A DNA stretch of 64,000 nt from an uncultured Peptoniphilus sp. (GTDB lineage: Bacteria; Bacillota; Clostridia; Tissierellales; Peptoniphilaceae): NCBI GenBank assembly GCA_902488455.1, contig CABTWG010000002.1, forward strand, positions 4,324 to 68,323. Direction: 5' to 3'. Each line of letters opens with the position of its first letter. Position 1 is the first letter of the stretch. The notes under the pieces are model-generated. The model saw only the letters and a program-made list of their open reading frames with translations, had not been told where the DNA came from and made no database searches. Of this stretch, positions 30,679-41,226 are shown piece by piece. Both the position numbers and the translations under genes were made by a program.

Positions 30679-30704
30679 AAAAAAGGAGCCTTGTAGCTCC
30701 TTTT
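30679..30704 (-). terminator. Terminator after the HAD gene
   Basis: AAAAGGAGC/GCTCCTTTT stem with T tract. Confidence 0.75.
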
Positions 30705-30709
30705 AATTT

Positions 30710-31507
30710 TTATTCAGATTTATTTAAAATAAATTTTTCTATTGCTTCGTTAAAACCTTCTGATCTTTCGTTTTCACACACGTAATCAGCAATTTTCTTT
30801 AATGATTCTACTGAGTTTGCTACTGCTACGGCAAGTCCTGCTTCTTGAAGTAGCTGTATATCATTTGTATTATCTCCAAGCGCCATCACTTCTTCCTTTG
30901 GTACTTCTAAGTACTTCGCCAATGCTTTTAGCGCTACTCCCTTATTCGTCCCTATATCCATCACTTCGATTAAATGAGCCTCTGATTTTGCAAAAAATGC
31001 TCTAGCTTTAAATATTTCTTCTAGTTCTTCTTGGATCTTAGCAGCTTTTTTTGGATCTGCTGCTATCAAAAGCTTAGGAGTTCTTATTTCTGCCAGTTTT
31101 TCTACGCTTCCCGTCTCTCTATAGCTTGCATATTTTAAATCTGGATCTGGATGGGCTTTTAGATTTAATTTTGAAACTACTATCTCTCCTTGGTCGTACA
31201 CTTGAAGATAGAGATTGTTTTTTATTACATATTCTACAATCTCTCTTTGTACATCTTCTGGCACATAAGAAGAATATATCGTTTTGCCATTTATATCTGT
31301 TATTTCTGCTCCATTGTAGCATATCATTGGCGCTTCTGACTTTAGCTCATCTGCTATTGCTTTTGCCGATGCGAAGCTTCTGCCAGTTGCAACTGAAATG
31401 CTCACCTTTTTATTTAATTTTTCTACTAGTTTCTTTGTGCTTTCTTCTACTTCTCCGTTTTTATTTAAAAGTGTGTTATCTAAGTCTGTAACTATTAATT
31501 TATACAT
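30710..31507 (-). CDS. Cof-type HAD-IIB hydrolase
   Basis: TDLDNTLL, ATGR, NKG, LGDNTND. Confidence 0.92.
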   Translation of the reverse strand: MYKLIVTDLDNTLLNKNGEVEESTKKLVEKLNKKVSISVATGRSFASAKAIADELKSEAPMICYNGAEITDINGKTIYSSYVPEDVQREIVEYVIKNNLYLQVYDQGEIVVSKLNLKAHPDPDLKYASYRETGSVEKLAEIRTPKLLIAADPKKAAKIQEELEEIFKARAFFAKSEAHLIEVMDIGTNKGVALKALAKYLEVPKEEVMALGDNTNDIQLLQEAGLAVAVANSVESLKKIADYVCENERSEGFNEAIEKFILNKSE

Positions 31508-31523
31508 TTGATGTCCTTTATCG

Positions 31524-32063
31524 TTAAATTAAAAAATAAATTATGGTTGCAAAAATTATAGCCATAATTAATGATTGAAATATTATAAATAATGTAGATG
31601 TCTTTTTAACTCTTGTCCATAATTTTTCGCTTTTTCCTTTTTTCTTATCATTTGTTTGTATATTTATATCATAAAATGGAAAGTTTTCCTTAAGTGTCAT
31701 GCATAGTTTTCCTTCGCAATCTACGCAACCTTCATCATAGTTGAATAAGTGCTTTCTCAAAAGTTCGTAATCTCTTTTGGCATTTTCTCTGTGTTGGCAA
31801 AAGGCTCTATTCCATTTTAGGATTAGAACGAGTACTAGTGCTCCCAAAATCAATAGTCCTATTAATATAAATATGCTTATTAATCTTTCTTCTAACCCAA
31901 ATATAAATGCATATGCTCCTGCTACTAATGCCATATAGATGCTTGTAAATGACAGCCTTTCATTCTCTACATGACGAAGATGCTCTAAGTTTTGTTCCAT
32001 GCAGGTCTGTATAAAAGATATCTGCGCCTCTCTTATAGCTGTGTTGTCTGTTGAATTTTCCAT
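31524..32063 (-). CDS. Small membrane protein of unknown function (about 3 TM)
   Basis: GAAAGGG SD; hydrophobic hairpin plus C-terminal TM; no family recognised with confidence. Confidence 0.65.
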   Translation of the reverse strand: MENSTDNTAIREAQISFIQTCMEQNLEHLRHVENERLSFTSIYMALVAGAYAFIFGLEERLISIFILIGLLILGALVLVLILKWNRAFCQHRENAKRDYELLRKHLFNYDEGCVDCEGKLCMTLKENFPFYDINIQTNDKKKGKSEKLWTRVKKTSTLFIIFQSLIMAIIFATIIYFLI

Positions 32064-32153
32064 TTTAAATACCCTTTCTATTTTCCTATGTATATTATAT
32101 ATGATAATTTTTTAAGTCTCTATATAATTTCCAAAATAGAAAAAGGAACTTAG

Positions 32154-32594
32154 TTATCCTCTAAGTTCCTGTCTGTTTTCATTTATTGTTTTGATCATGT
32201 CTGAAAGATTTACTTGTGTTCTTTCTAGTAGTTCATCTGCATAGTCACGAGCTCCTTCTCTTATTTGAGTGGATTCTCTTTGTGCTGAGCTTAGAATTTC
32301 TTCTGCTCTTTCATTTGCCTTTAGTACGAGTTCATCTTCTCTTATCATTTCTTCTGCATGAGCTCTTGCTGCTGCCATGATTCTGTCAGCTTCTTCATGA
32401 GCGCCTGTGATGATTTGATCTCTATCTGTAGAGATTTGTTGCGCTTCTTTAATTTCTGATGGAAGTTCTGCTTTTATATCTCTTATTATTTCTAGAACTT
32501 CTTCTTTTTCAATCATAGTCTTTCCTGTAAGAGGAATACTACTTGCTGTTTGGATAAGTTGTTCTAACTCATCTACCAATTCCATTAGTGTCAT
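32154..32594 (-). CDS. Conserved coiled-coil protein usually downstream of coaD (ATPase subunit b/H-like annotation)
   Basis: IPLTGK...LPSEIKEA...GARDYAD pattern and synteny. Confidence 0.75.
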   Translation of the reverse strand: MTLMELVDELEQLIQTASSIPLTGKTMIEKEEVLEIIRDIKAELPSEIKEAQQISTDRDQIITGAHEEADRIMAAARAHAEEMIREDELVLKANERAEEILSSAQRESTQIREGARDYADELLERTQVNLSDMIKTINENRQELRG

Positions 32595-32599
32595 ATCGA

Positions 32600-33079
32600 C
32601 TACCTCCCTATTAATTTTTCTTTCATAGCATCGCCTACTATGTCTGGAACAAATAAACTTAAATCTCCATCAAACATCGCCACTTCTTTTGCAAGTGTTG
32701 AGCTTACAAATGTGTTTTTGTTTGATGATAGTAGAAATACAGTTTCTAGTCCTTCGTAGTAGTGCATATTTGCCATTGCTAATATATATTCACTTTCATA
32801 GTCGGAAGCTGTCCTTATGCCTCTTACTATTACTTTACAGTCCTTTTCTTTTGCATAGTCTGCTAAGAGTCCTGTGAATGAATCTATGGTTACTCCATCT
32901 ATGTCTTTTGTAACTTCTTCTAGTAATTCCATTCTTTCTTCTACTGTGAAGAGTCCCTGTTTTTTTACATTGTTTAAGACTGCGACTGTTACTTCTCCAA
33001 ATATATCTGTGGCACGTTTTATTATATCTATATGCCCATTAGTAACAGGGTCGAAACTACCCGCATATATTGCTTTCAT
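32600..33079 (-). CDS. coaD: Pantetheine-phosphate adenylyltransferase
   Basis: YAGSFDPVTNGHIDII, VRGIR, VSST. Confidence 0.96.
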   Translation of the reverse strand: MKAIYAGSFDPVTNGHIDIIKRATDIFGEVTVAVLNNVKKQGLFTVEERMELLEEVTKDIDGVTIDSFTGLLADYAKEKDCKVIVRGIRTASDYESEYILAMANMHYYEGLETVFLLSSNKNTFVSSTLAKEVAMFDGDLSLFVPDIVGDAMKEKLIGR

Positions 33080-33617
33080 CTGGCACTCCCAATACTTTTA
33101 TGGATGTAGAGCCGTATTTTCTTTCTTTTAACACTTCGTAGTTAGAAAAATCTATTCTACTTCCATCTCTATATTCTACCACTAATAATCCATCTTTTTT
33201 AAGTAATTTTCTTTCTTTTATTATTTCTAGCGAATGACGATACTTTTGCAGTTCGTCAAATGGCGGATCCATGTAGATTATATCAAATCTTTCTTCTGTG
33301 GTTTTTAAGTATTTTTTATAGTCCATATTTATGATCTTTGCGCCTTCTATAAGCTTTGTGTGTTTTAGATTTTCTCTTGTGACTTTTAGCGATTCACTAG
33401 ATGTATCTACAAAGACACAGCTCTTTGCGCCCCTGGATAAAAATTCTATTCCATTTCCTCCAGAGCCACAGAATAAATCCAGTGCTTCTTTACCATGGAA
33501 GTATTGACCTACCATATTAAATACTGATTCTTTTACTCTATCTGAGGTCGGTCTTACATCCATTCCTTCTACAGACATAAGTCGCATTCCCTTTGATGTT
33601 CCTGATATTACTCTCAT
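33057..33617 (-). CDS. rsmD: 16S rRNA m2G966 methyltransferase
   Basis: RPTSDRVKES, LDLFCGSG, DPPF. Confidence 0.93.
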   Translation of the reverse strand: MRVISGTSKGMRLMSVEGMDVRPTSDRVKESVFNMVGQYFHGKEALDLFCGSGGNGIEFLSRGAKSCVFVDTSSESLKVTRENLKHTKLIEGAKIINMDYKKYLKTTEERFDIIYMDPPFDELQKYRHSLEIIKERKLLKKDGLLVVEYRDGSRIDFSNYEVLKERKYGSTSIKVLGVPDESNICG

Positions 33618-33658
33618 AATCCTCCAATTATTTATTATTTTAACATATTATCAATAAT

Positions 33659-35671
33659 CTAACAATTAAACTTTCGAGAAATTAGTCTATCTACGCTTAT
33701 TTTTAGTTGTAAATGGTCTGGTTCTATAAACTCTGGATCATTTGTCCATATTCTTTTTGCTTCTTTAGCTGCGTATTTTAAAATCATCTTGTCTTTTAAT
33801 GGATTTGCCAAAATGAATCCCATAAATCCAGATTGTCTTACTCCAAATATATCTCCAGAGCCACGAAGCTCCAAATCTTTCTCTGAAATATAAAACCCAT
33901 CTGTGGATTCCACCATTACCTTCATCCTCATTGAGGCTATTTCTGATTCCGATTTATTATATAGGATGCAATAACCTTGGTGGGTTCCTCTTCCTACTCT
34001 TCCTCTTAGCTGATGGAGTTGTGAGAGCCCAAATCTCTCTGCGTTTACTACCATCATCACAGTTGCGTTTGGAACATTTACCCCAACTTCTACTACCGTT
34101 GTCGATACGAGGACATTTATCCTGTTTTTCTCAAAGTCCTCCATGATCATGTCTTTTTCATCTGGTTTCATCTGTCCATGAAGAAGTCCCACATTGTAAT
34201 CTTTGAAGTATTTTTTAATTTCTTTATAGACTTTTTTCACAGAGTTTAGATCAAGCATCTCGTTTTCGTCAATCATTGGACAGATTATATAGGCTTGTCT
34301 TCCTTCTTTCAATTCTTTCTCTATAAATTCAAGAGCTTTTAACAGTCCATTTTCATTTATGGTTGCAGTTTGAATCTTGAGCCTTCCTGCAGGTGGAGTG
34401 TCTATCGTTGAAACCTGCAAGTCTTGATACATTACTAGAGCAAGGGTCCTTGGTATCGGTGTTGCTGTCATAACTATGGTGTGGACTCCCTTGTCTGATA
34501 GATTTTTCCTCTGCATAACTCCAAATCTGTGCTGCTCGTCCACTATACTTATTCCAAGATTTTTAAATTCTACATTTTCTGATATAAGTGCATGGGTTCC
34601 TATAATCATGTGAATTTCGCCAGATTTTAATTCGTGAAGCACCTTGTCTTTTTCAGATTTTTTCATTGAGCCTATGAGCAAGGCTACATTTATTCCAAGT
34701 CTATCAAATGTAGCTTTAAATGAATTGTAATGCTGTGTCGCCAAGATTTCCGTCGGAGCCATAATCGCTGATTGGAATCCATTTTTGTAAAATAAGTACA
34801 TTATTGCCATTGCAACTACGGTCTTACCTGAACCTACATCACCTTGGATGAGCCTGTCTACACGAAATCCGCTCTTTAAACCTTCTATTACTTCGTCGAT
34901 TACTTTCATCTGAGAATCGGTCAGTGTAAATGGAAGGATTTTTAAAAATTCATCTATACTATATTCCCTAAGTTTTACGCCTGTCTCTTCTCTTTCTTTT
35001 TTTAATTTAGATAGAGCGAGAAGATATACTAGAATTTCGTAGAACGAATAGGAGTTTCTTGCATTTCCGTAAGCTTTTTGAGATTTCGGTCTATGAAGCT
35101 CCCTCATAGTTCTATCCATATCGAAAAGTTTGTACCTTTCCAATATTTCTTCTGGCAATACATTTTTCCATGTGTATTCTTTTAAGACTTGGTCTGTAAG
35201 TTTTATAAGTTCTTTATTATTTATATCTTTCGTCTGTGAATATACCGGAATTATACTTCCTAGCACCTTTTTTCTCTTGGCATTTTCAAATTTAGGAGAA
35301 GTCATTGTAAGATTGTTTCCAAATCTTGAAACCTTTCCATAAAAATAAAACACCTCACCTTTTAAAAATGTAGAGGTTAGGAAGTTTTGATTGAAGTATG
35401 AAATTTTTAAATTAAATCCATCGGTTACGACTACATCGAGCCTCTTAAATCTCCCTTGATAATGGGGCACTGCCTGCACCACTTCTGCTTTTATTGTGGC
35501 GAACTCTCCTTCTCTTAAGTCTTTTATGGATTTTAAATTGGTTGAGTCTATAAATCTCACCGGAAAATATTCCATTAGGTCTGCTATCGTTTCCATCCCC
35601 ATGTTTTCCAAGTAAGATTTTTTCTTCGGTCCAACTCCTTTTAATGTATCTATTTTGTCAAATAGTTTCAT
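33659..35671 (-). CDS. recG: ATP-dependent DNA helicase RecG
   Basis: QGDVGSGKT, DEQHRFG, TATPIPRTL, QLRGRVGR. Confidence 0.97.
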   Translation of the reverse strand: MKLFDKIDTLKGVGPKKKSYLENMGMETIADLMEYFPVRFIDSTNLKSIKDLREGEFATIKAEVVQAVPHYQGRFKRLDVVVTDGFNLKISYFNQNFLTSTFLKGEVFYFYGKVSRFGNNLTMTSPKFENAKRKKVLGSIIPVYSQTKDINNKELIKLTDQVLKEYTWKNVLPEEILERYKLFDMDRTMRELHRPKSQKAYGNARNSYSFYEILVYLLALSKLKKEREETGVKLREYSIDEFLKILPFTLTDSQMKVIDEVIEGLKSGFRVDRLIQGDVGSGKTVVAMAIMYLFYKNGFQSAIMAPTEILATQHYNSFKATFDRLGINVALLIGSMKKSEKDKVLHELKSGEIHMIIGTHALISENVEFKNLGISIVDEQHRFGVMQRKNLSDKGVHTIVMTATPIPRTLALVMYQDLQVSTIDTPPAGRLKIQTATINENGLLKALEFIEKELKEGRQAYIICPMIDENEMLDLNSVKKVYKEIKKYFKDYNVGLLHGQMKPDEKDMIMEDFEKNRINVLVSTTVVEVGVNVPNATVMMVVNAERFGLSQLHQLRGRVGRGTHQGYCILYNKSESEIASMRMKVMVESTDGFYISEKDLELRGSGDIFGVRQSGFMGFILANPLKDKMILKYAAKEAKRIWTNDPEFIEPDHLQLKISVDRLISRKFNC

Positions 35672-35720
35672 ATTTTCTCCATTTAAAAATTTTAAAAAAA
35701 ATAAGCAGATTTTAATCTGC

Positions 35721-37355
35721 CTATTTTACTGAAACGATGTAGTAGTATAGAGGTTGAGCTCCTCTTACTAGTTCCACGTCTAACTCATCATAAATTTCTT
35801 CTAGTTTATCCATTAGCTCTTCTGTATCTTCTTCTTCAAGTCCATTTCCATAGTATAAAGTTATGACAGAAGATTCGTCGTCTACCATTTTTTCAATAAG
35901 TTTTTCTGTTACTTCGTCTAAATTATCTCCAAAGGACTCTATTTCTTTTCCAGTAAGACCGATTATTTGATCTTTTTTAATTTGAGATCCGTTTGAATTT
36001 GTATCTCTTACTGCATAAGTTACTGATCCAGTCTTAATATGATTTAGTTCTTCATTCATATTTTCGATATTTGCTTCTGGATCTTCTTCTTCGTCAAAGA
36101 CAAATAGAGCTCCTATTCCTTGTGGAACAGATTTAGTTTCTACTACGTATACGTCCTTTTCGGATAATTCTTTTGCTTGATTAGCAGCTAAAACGATGTT
36201 TGAATTGTTTGGAAGAAGTATGATGTGATCTGCGTTTAAACTATCTATCGCCTTTACGAAGTCCTCTGTAGAAGGATTCATAGTTTGTCCTCCTTCTATT
36301 ATATAGTCAACGTTTAGTGACTTAAACACTTCGTTAATTCCTTCTCCCATAGAAACAGAAACTATCGCATATTTTTTCTTTATATTATTCTTTCTAGCAT
36401 TTTCAACTTCAGATTCATCAAATAGAGTTTCAGTGTGTTGATACCTCATATTGTCTATCTTTATATCTTGAAGCTGACCAAGCTCTACTGCATATTCGAG
36501 AGCTCTACCAGGGTTATTGGTATGGACATGGACCTTTATAACTCCAGTTCCTCCACCACCTACTACAAGTAGACAGTCTCCCAGTGGCATTAATTTATTC
36601 TTTAAGTCCTCAGTGTCATCGATGTCAGTTCTTATTACAAACTCTGTACAGTAACCGAATTCTAGATCTTTATCATAATCATCGAAAGAAATTTCTTTCT
36701 GTTCTTTCTTCTTAAGTTCTTCATCTTCAGCTACTTGTTCAATAACTTCTCCCTTTAGGGCTTTAAGAGCACCTTCAAAAAGATACACAAGACCTGCTCC
36801 CCCAGAGTCAACTACCCCTGCTTCTTTTAAAACAGGAAGTTTTTCAGGAGTTTTATTTAGAGATTCTTTTGAAGCCTTAACTATTGCTTCCATGAAATCT
36901 AAAGTGTTGTCGTACTTGCTATAATTTTTCATAGCAAAATCAGCCGTTTCTCTACCAACAGTCAAAATTGTACCTTCAGTTGGTTTCATAACAGCTTTGT
37001 AAGTTGTGTCTGATGCAGATTTCAAAGCCTTAGCTAAATCTTTATTAGTTATAGTTTTCTTGTCTTTTAGTCCTTCTGCAAATCCTCTTAAAAATTGGGA
37101 TAAAATTACCCCTGAGTTTCCTCTGGCTCCCATTAAAGAACCACGAGAAGCAGCAAGGGCTACTTCATAAACATCATCAGATTCAAGTTCGTTTACCTGC
37201 TTAAGAGCAGATTTAGATGTAAGACCCATGTTAGTACCAGTGTCCCCGTCTGGAACAGGAAATACATTAAGGGTATTTACATGGTCTTTATTCATCAAAA
37301 GAAAATTCACCGCGCCATTTATACATGACTTAAGTGAAACAATTTTATTAGTCAT
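35721..37355 (-). CDS. fakA: DAK2-domain fatty acid kinase catalytic subunit (YloV)
   Basis: LNVFPVPDGDTGTNM, GARGNSG, FGYCTEF, GGQTMNPS. Confidence 0.93.
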   Translation of the reverse strand: MTNKIVSLKSCINGAVNFLLMNKDHVNTLNVFPVPDGDTGTNMGLTSKSALKQVNELESDDVYEVALAASRGSLMGARGNSGVILSQFLRGFAEGLKDKKTITNKDLAKALKSASDTTYKAVMKPTEGTILTVGRETADFAMKNYSKYDNTLDFMEAIVKASKESLNKTPEKLPVLKEAGVVDSGGAGLVYLFEGALKALKGEVIEQVAEDEELKKKEQKEISFDDYDKDLEFGYCTEFVIRTDIDDTEDLKNKLMPLGDCLLVVGGGGTGVIKVHVHTNNPGRALEYAVELGQLQDIKIDNMRYQHTETLFDESEVENARKNNIKKKYAIVSVSMGEGINEVFKSLNVDYIIEGGQTMNPSTEDFVKAIDSLNADHIILLPNNSNIVLAANQAKELSEKDVYVVETKSVPQGIGALFVFDEEEDPEANIENMNEELNHIKTGSVTYAVRDTNSNGSQIKKDQIIGLTGKEIESFGDNLDEVTEKLIEKMVDDESSVITLYYGNGLEEEDTEELMDKLEEIYDELDVELVRGAQPLYYYIVSVK

Positions 37356-37364
37356 AAATACCTC

Positions 37365-37718
37365 TTATTTTATTCTTATTCCTTCAACTACCACTTCTAC
37401 ATTGTATGGTTCGATTCCAGTTAAATCTTTGATGTAGAATTTTACATTTTCAATTATATTTTCTCCAACTGTAGAAATCTTAACTCCATATTCAAGCACT
37501 ACATGGATTTCTATCGTTAATTTATCGTCTTCAGTTATAACTTTTATTCCTTTAGAAATATTTTCAAATTTTAGTAGTTCCAAAAGTCCATCAGTTGCAC
37601 TTTTAGAAGCCATGCCTACTATGCCGTAGGATTTCATAGCGGCCATACCTGCTATGGTTGCGATTACATTATTTTCAATTACTACAGCACCTTTTTCATT
37701 ATTTATGATTGCTGGCAT
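37365..37718 (-). CDS. Asp23/Gls24 family protein (YloU-like)
   Basis: YGIVGMASK; upstream of fakA; GGAGG SD before MPAII. Confidence 0.9.
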   Translation of the reverse strand: MPAIINNEKGAVVIENNVIATIAGMAAMKSYGIVGMASKSATDGLLELLKFENISKGIKVITEDDKLTIEIHVVLEYGVKISTVGENIIENVKFYIKDLTGIEPYNVEVVVEGIRIK

Positions 37719-37918
37719 AAGCTCACCTCCAATTACATCTATTATATCAGACAAGCGTCCATATATTCAAGAAATACTCTCATCTTATTAAATCGGCTAA
37801 ATTTTTAAAATTTTTATGACGCGTTTTTACCGGCTTTAATATAACAACTTCATTAGCTTATAAATCTTATAAAAAAAGTAGCTACCATTTGGTAACTACT
37901 TAAAAAATCTATTTAGTT

Positions 37919-38497
37919 TTATTTTTCTTCTTCATCTTCATCAATTATTACTTGGTCTTCTTCGCTGTTTTCTGACTTACCATCTTTAGGTCTAGTCTTG
38001 CTCTTAATGTACTCTTCAACGTCAATGGCACTTCCATCTTCCATCAAGATTAAGAATTTATATGCACTTGTAAAAGCTACACCCATTCCTAAAACTGCTG
38101 CGATAGGAGCTGCAATAGCACCAACTATAGAAGCTGTTAGAGAAAGTTGAAGCACGATTTCTTCGTCCTTTTTAATAAGAAGCTTTCTGGCATTTCCCTT
38201 TCTGAAAATTTCTTTTATAGCTTCTATTATATCTTCTACACTGTTTTGAAGACTTCCGATGGTCTTATTTGCAGATTTTGTGAATTTGTCTTGGAATGCT
38301 CTAAAAGCTTCATCAGTTTCTCTATCAAATTCACTTTCTTTGTCTTCTTTTTCAAATTTTCTAAATTGATTTCTTTCTTTTATAAGCTCAATTGCGCGAT
38401 CTACATCTCCATCTGCATCGATAAGAGCAATTCTTACTTCACTAAATTCTGCTCCAGTCATATTTAAAACATAATCAATTGCTTCTAATGTTATCAT
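37919..38497 (-). CDS. DUF4342-domain protein with UBA-like N-terminus
   Basis: ALIDADGDVDRAI helix bundle; IKEIFRKGNARKLLIKK motif. Confidence 0.7.
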   Translation of the reverse strand: MITLEAIDYVLNMTGAEFSEVRIALIDADGDVDRAIELIKERNQFRKFEKEDKESEFDRETDEAFRAFQDKFTKSANKTIGSLQNSVEDIIEAIKEIFRKGNARKLLIKKDEEIVLQLSLTASIVGAIAAPIAAVLGMGVAFTSAYKFLILMEDGSAIDVEEYIKSKTRPKDGKSENSEEDQVIIDEDEEEK

Positions 38498-38624
38498 TAT
38501 TATCACCTCATTATAGTCTTACCCGAAATTTAAACTGATAATCAAAAATGGTCAATATCAATTCTAAAAGTTTTGTGAAATAAAAAAATCTTAAATGATT
38601 TCTCACTTAAGATTTCTTATATTT

Positions 38625-39281
38625 TTAGTCTTTAATCTTTTCAATTTCTTTTATATCTTCATCTTTTCCTAGAAGTACAAGTACATCTCCTTCTTGTAAT
38701 AAAGAATCTGGATAAGGATCTATTTTTATATCATCATTTCCACGTTCGATGGCAAGAACTGTAACTTTGTACTTGCTTCTCACATTAAGTTGTTTCAAAT
38801 TTTTTCCTACCCAAGTAACAGGACACAAAAATTCTGCTATCGAATAGTCTGGAGAAAGTTGTATGAAGTCCATTAGGTTTGATGCACTTAAATTGTGTGC
38901 AACCCTTACTCCCATATCTCTTTCCGGAAATATTATTTTATCAGCTCCTAACTTTTTAAGTATAAGAGCTTGTCTATTGCTCGTAGCCTTCGCAACTATA
39001 TATTCAATTCCTGCCTCTTTAGCAAGAACTGTGGACATGATTGCCGCTTCAAAGTTTGTGCCTATAGCAACTACTGCTGCATCGAAATTTTTAAGTCCCA
39101 TTTCGCTGGTGGCATTCTCATCCATTACATCGCATTGTATCGCTGTGGTTACATAATCTGCAATCTCCTCTATGGAATCCAAATTTATATCCACAACCAT
39201 TACTTCGTTTCCAAGTTCTGAAAGTGTCTTCGCAGCAGAAGATCCAAACTTTCCGCAACCAAATACTATATATGATTTCAT
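38625..39281 (-). CDS. ktrA: Ktr/Trk potassium uptake regulatory (RCK) subunit
   Basis: GCGKFG Rossmann motif, LGADKIIFPERDMG. Confidence 0.9.
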   Translation of the reverse strand: MKSYIVFGCGKFGSSAAKTLSELGNEVMVVDINLDSIEEIADYVTTAIQCDVMDENATSEMGLKNFDAAVVAIGTNFEAAIMSTVLAKEAGIEYIVAKATSNRQALILKKLGADKIIFPERDMGVRVAHNLSASNLMDFIQLSPDYSIAEFLCPVTWVGKNLKQLNVRSKYKVTVLAIERGNDDIKIDPYPDSLLQEGDVLVLLGKDEDIKEIEKIKD

Positions 39282-39285
39282 TTTA

Positions 39286-40623
39286 TCACCCCACCAATAT
39301 TTTTCCTGATGCATACTTAATACTAGATGGCTTCGTCTTCATTAAACCTACCGCAAGGGTGGTCGGTCCAACTCTACCTATAAACATTGTAAACCCTAGG
39401 ATTATCTTTGAGATATCAGAAAGATGAGGAGTTATTCCTCTACTCATACCTACGGTTCCAAATGCACTTACACTTTCAAAAAGTATATCTAAAGAATCAA
39501 ATCTGTCATGCTCTACAATTGTGATCGCCATGGTTACTATGACTACAAGTGAGATGCAGACAATGGTTATTGCAAGTGCCCTAAGTATTACTTCTCTTTC
39601 AATCTTTCTATTAAATATAACTATATCATGATCTCCTCTAACCATTCCTATGGTGGAGAAAACCATAACCGCAAATGTTGTGGTCTTAAGTCCACCTGCA
39701 GTAGATGCAGGACTTCCTCCGATAAACATTAAAAGGATGTATATAATTGCTGTTGCATCATGAACTTGTCCTATATCTATGGAATTAAATCCAGCAGTTC
39801 TAGTAACTGTTGATTGGAAGAAAGAAGCGAGCACTTTATGTCCAAAGCTAAAATCTCCGATGCTTAGAGAGTTATCATACTCTATTAAAAGCGTTGCGAT
39901 GGTTCCTATAAACAGTAGAAGAACTGATACAGAGATTACAACCTTTGAGTGCATCTTTAGATTTCTAAAATTTCTTGAATTATATATGTCCATGTAGACT
40001 AAAAATCCAAGTCCTCCAATAATAACTAGACCACATATAATCATGTTTATATAGATATCTCCACTATACGGCACAATTGAGTTGCCAAAGAGATCGAATC
40101 CGGCATTACAAAATGCAGATATAGCATGAAATATGGAATACCAAATTCCAGTTTTAAATCCAAATTTTGGAATCAGAGAAAAACTTAGAAGAAGAGCTCC
40201 AATAAATTCAATTAAAAATGTAATCTTCGTAACGTATATAACCCATTTTACTATTCCAGACATAGATGTTATATTAAGTTGTTCCTTTACAAGAAGTCTT
40301 TGTTGCAAAGAAACTCTTTTTCCTAAAAGAACTGTTGTGATTGAAAATAATGTTATAGTTCCAAGTCCACCTATTTGAATAAGAGTTATAATTACAACTT
40401 TTCCAAAGGTTGACCACTGTGTTGCTGTATTTGCTACTACAAGTCCTGTTACTGCAGTGGCAGAGCTTGATGTAAAAAATGCATTTACAAAACCTATAGA
40501 ATTTCCATCTGCAGATGCGATTGGAAGACTAAGTAGCATTGCACCGATTAAGATTACTATTAAAAATGACATTCCTAAAAATAAAGGAGCATTCTTAACT
40601 ATTCTTTCGTATAATTTCGTCAT
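39286..40623 (-). CDS. ktrB: Ktr/Trk potassium uptake membrane subunit
   Basis: VTGL, SAFCNAGF, RTAGF, SAFGTVG pore motifs. Confidence 0.9.
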   Translation of the reverse strand: MTKLYERIVKNAPLFLGMSFLIVILIGAMLLSLPIASADGNSIGFVNAFFTSSSATAVTGLVVANTATQWSTFGKVVIITLIQIGGLGTITLFSITTVLLGKRVSLQQRLLVKEQLNITSMSGIVKWVIYVTKITFLIEFIGALLLSFSLIPKFGFKTGIWYSIFHAISAFCNAGFDLFGNSIVPYSGDIYINMIICGLVIIGGLGFLVYMDIYNSRNFRNLKMHSKVVISVSVLLLFIGTIATLLIEYDNSLSIGDFSFGHKVLASFFQSTVTRTAGFNSIDIGQVHDATAIIYILLMFIGGSPASTAGGLKTTTFAVMVFSTIGMVRGDHDIVIFNRKIEREVILRALAITIVCISLVVIVTMAITIVEHDRFDSLDILFESVSAFGTVGMSRGITPHLSDISKIILGFTMFIGRVGPTTLAVGLMKTKPSSIKYASGKILVG

Positions 40624-40662
40624 ATTTTTTTCGAAAAAAATAAGTTCCCACAAAGGGAACTA

Positions 40663-41010
40663 TTAGTTTTTAGCTAATTCAACAAGTTTTGCAAAGCCTT
40701 GTGGATCATTTATAGCAATTTCAGAAAGCATCTTTCTGTTAATTTCTACTCCGTGATTTTTAAGCCCAGCGATAAACTTTGAATAACTCATTCCATTTTG
40801 TCTACAAGCAGCATTGATTCTTGTAATCCAAAGTTGTCTAAAGTCTCTTTTTCTTTGTTTTCTACCGAAGAATTGGTAATTAAGAGATTTCATAACAGCT
40901 TGATTAGCTGGTCTAAATAATTTAGATTTTGCTCCAAAATATCCTTTTGCTTGTTTTAATACTTTTTTATGTCTTTTCTTAGCGTTAACGCCTCTTTTAA
41001 CTCTAGCCAT
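40663..41010 (-). CDS. rplT: 50S ribosomal protein L20
   Basis: [22 protein letters not shown]. Confidence 0.98.
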   Translation of the reverse strand: MARVKRGVNAKKRHKKVLKQAKGYFGAKSKLFRPANQAVMKSLNYQFFGRKQRKRDFRQLWITRINAACRQNGMSYSKFIAGLKNHGVEINRKMLSEIAINDPQGFAKLVELAKN

Positions 41011-41022
41011 TTCTACCTCCTA

Positions 41023-41214
41023 TTAAGGAATCATATGATCAATTCTTCTTTGATCGCCTTTAGATACTACTGCTGATTTTCTTAATTTTCTTTTTCTTTT
41101 AGCTGTCTTCTTTCCTGTAAGATGACCTTTATATGCAAAAAATCTCTTTATTTTTCCAGAGCCAGTTCTCTTAAATCTCTTAGCTGACGCTCTGTGTGTT
41201 TTCATCTTAGCCAT
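41023..41214 (-). CDS. rpmI: 50S ribosomal protein L35
   Basis: [19 protein letters not shown]. Confidence 0.97.
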   Translation of the reverse strand: MAKMKTHRASAKRFKRTGSGKIKRFFAYKGHLTGKKTAKRKRKLRKSAVVSKGDQRRIDHMIP

Positions 41215-41226
41215 ATTATCCTCCTA

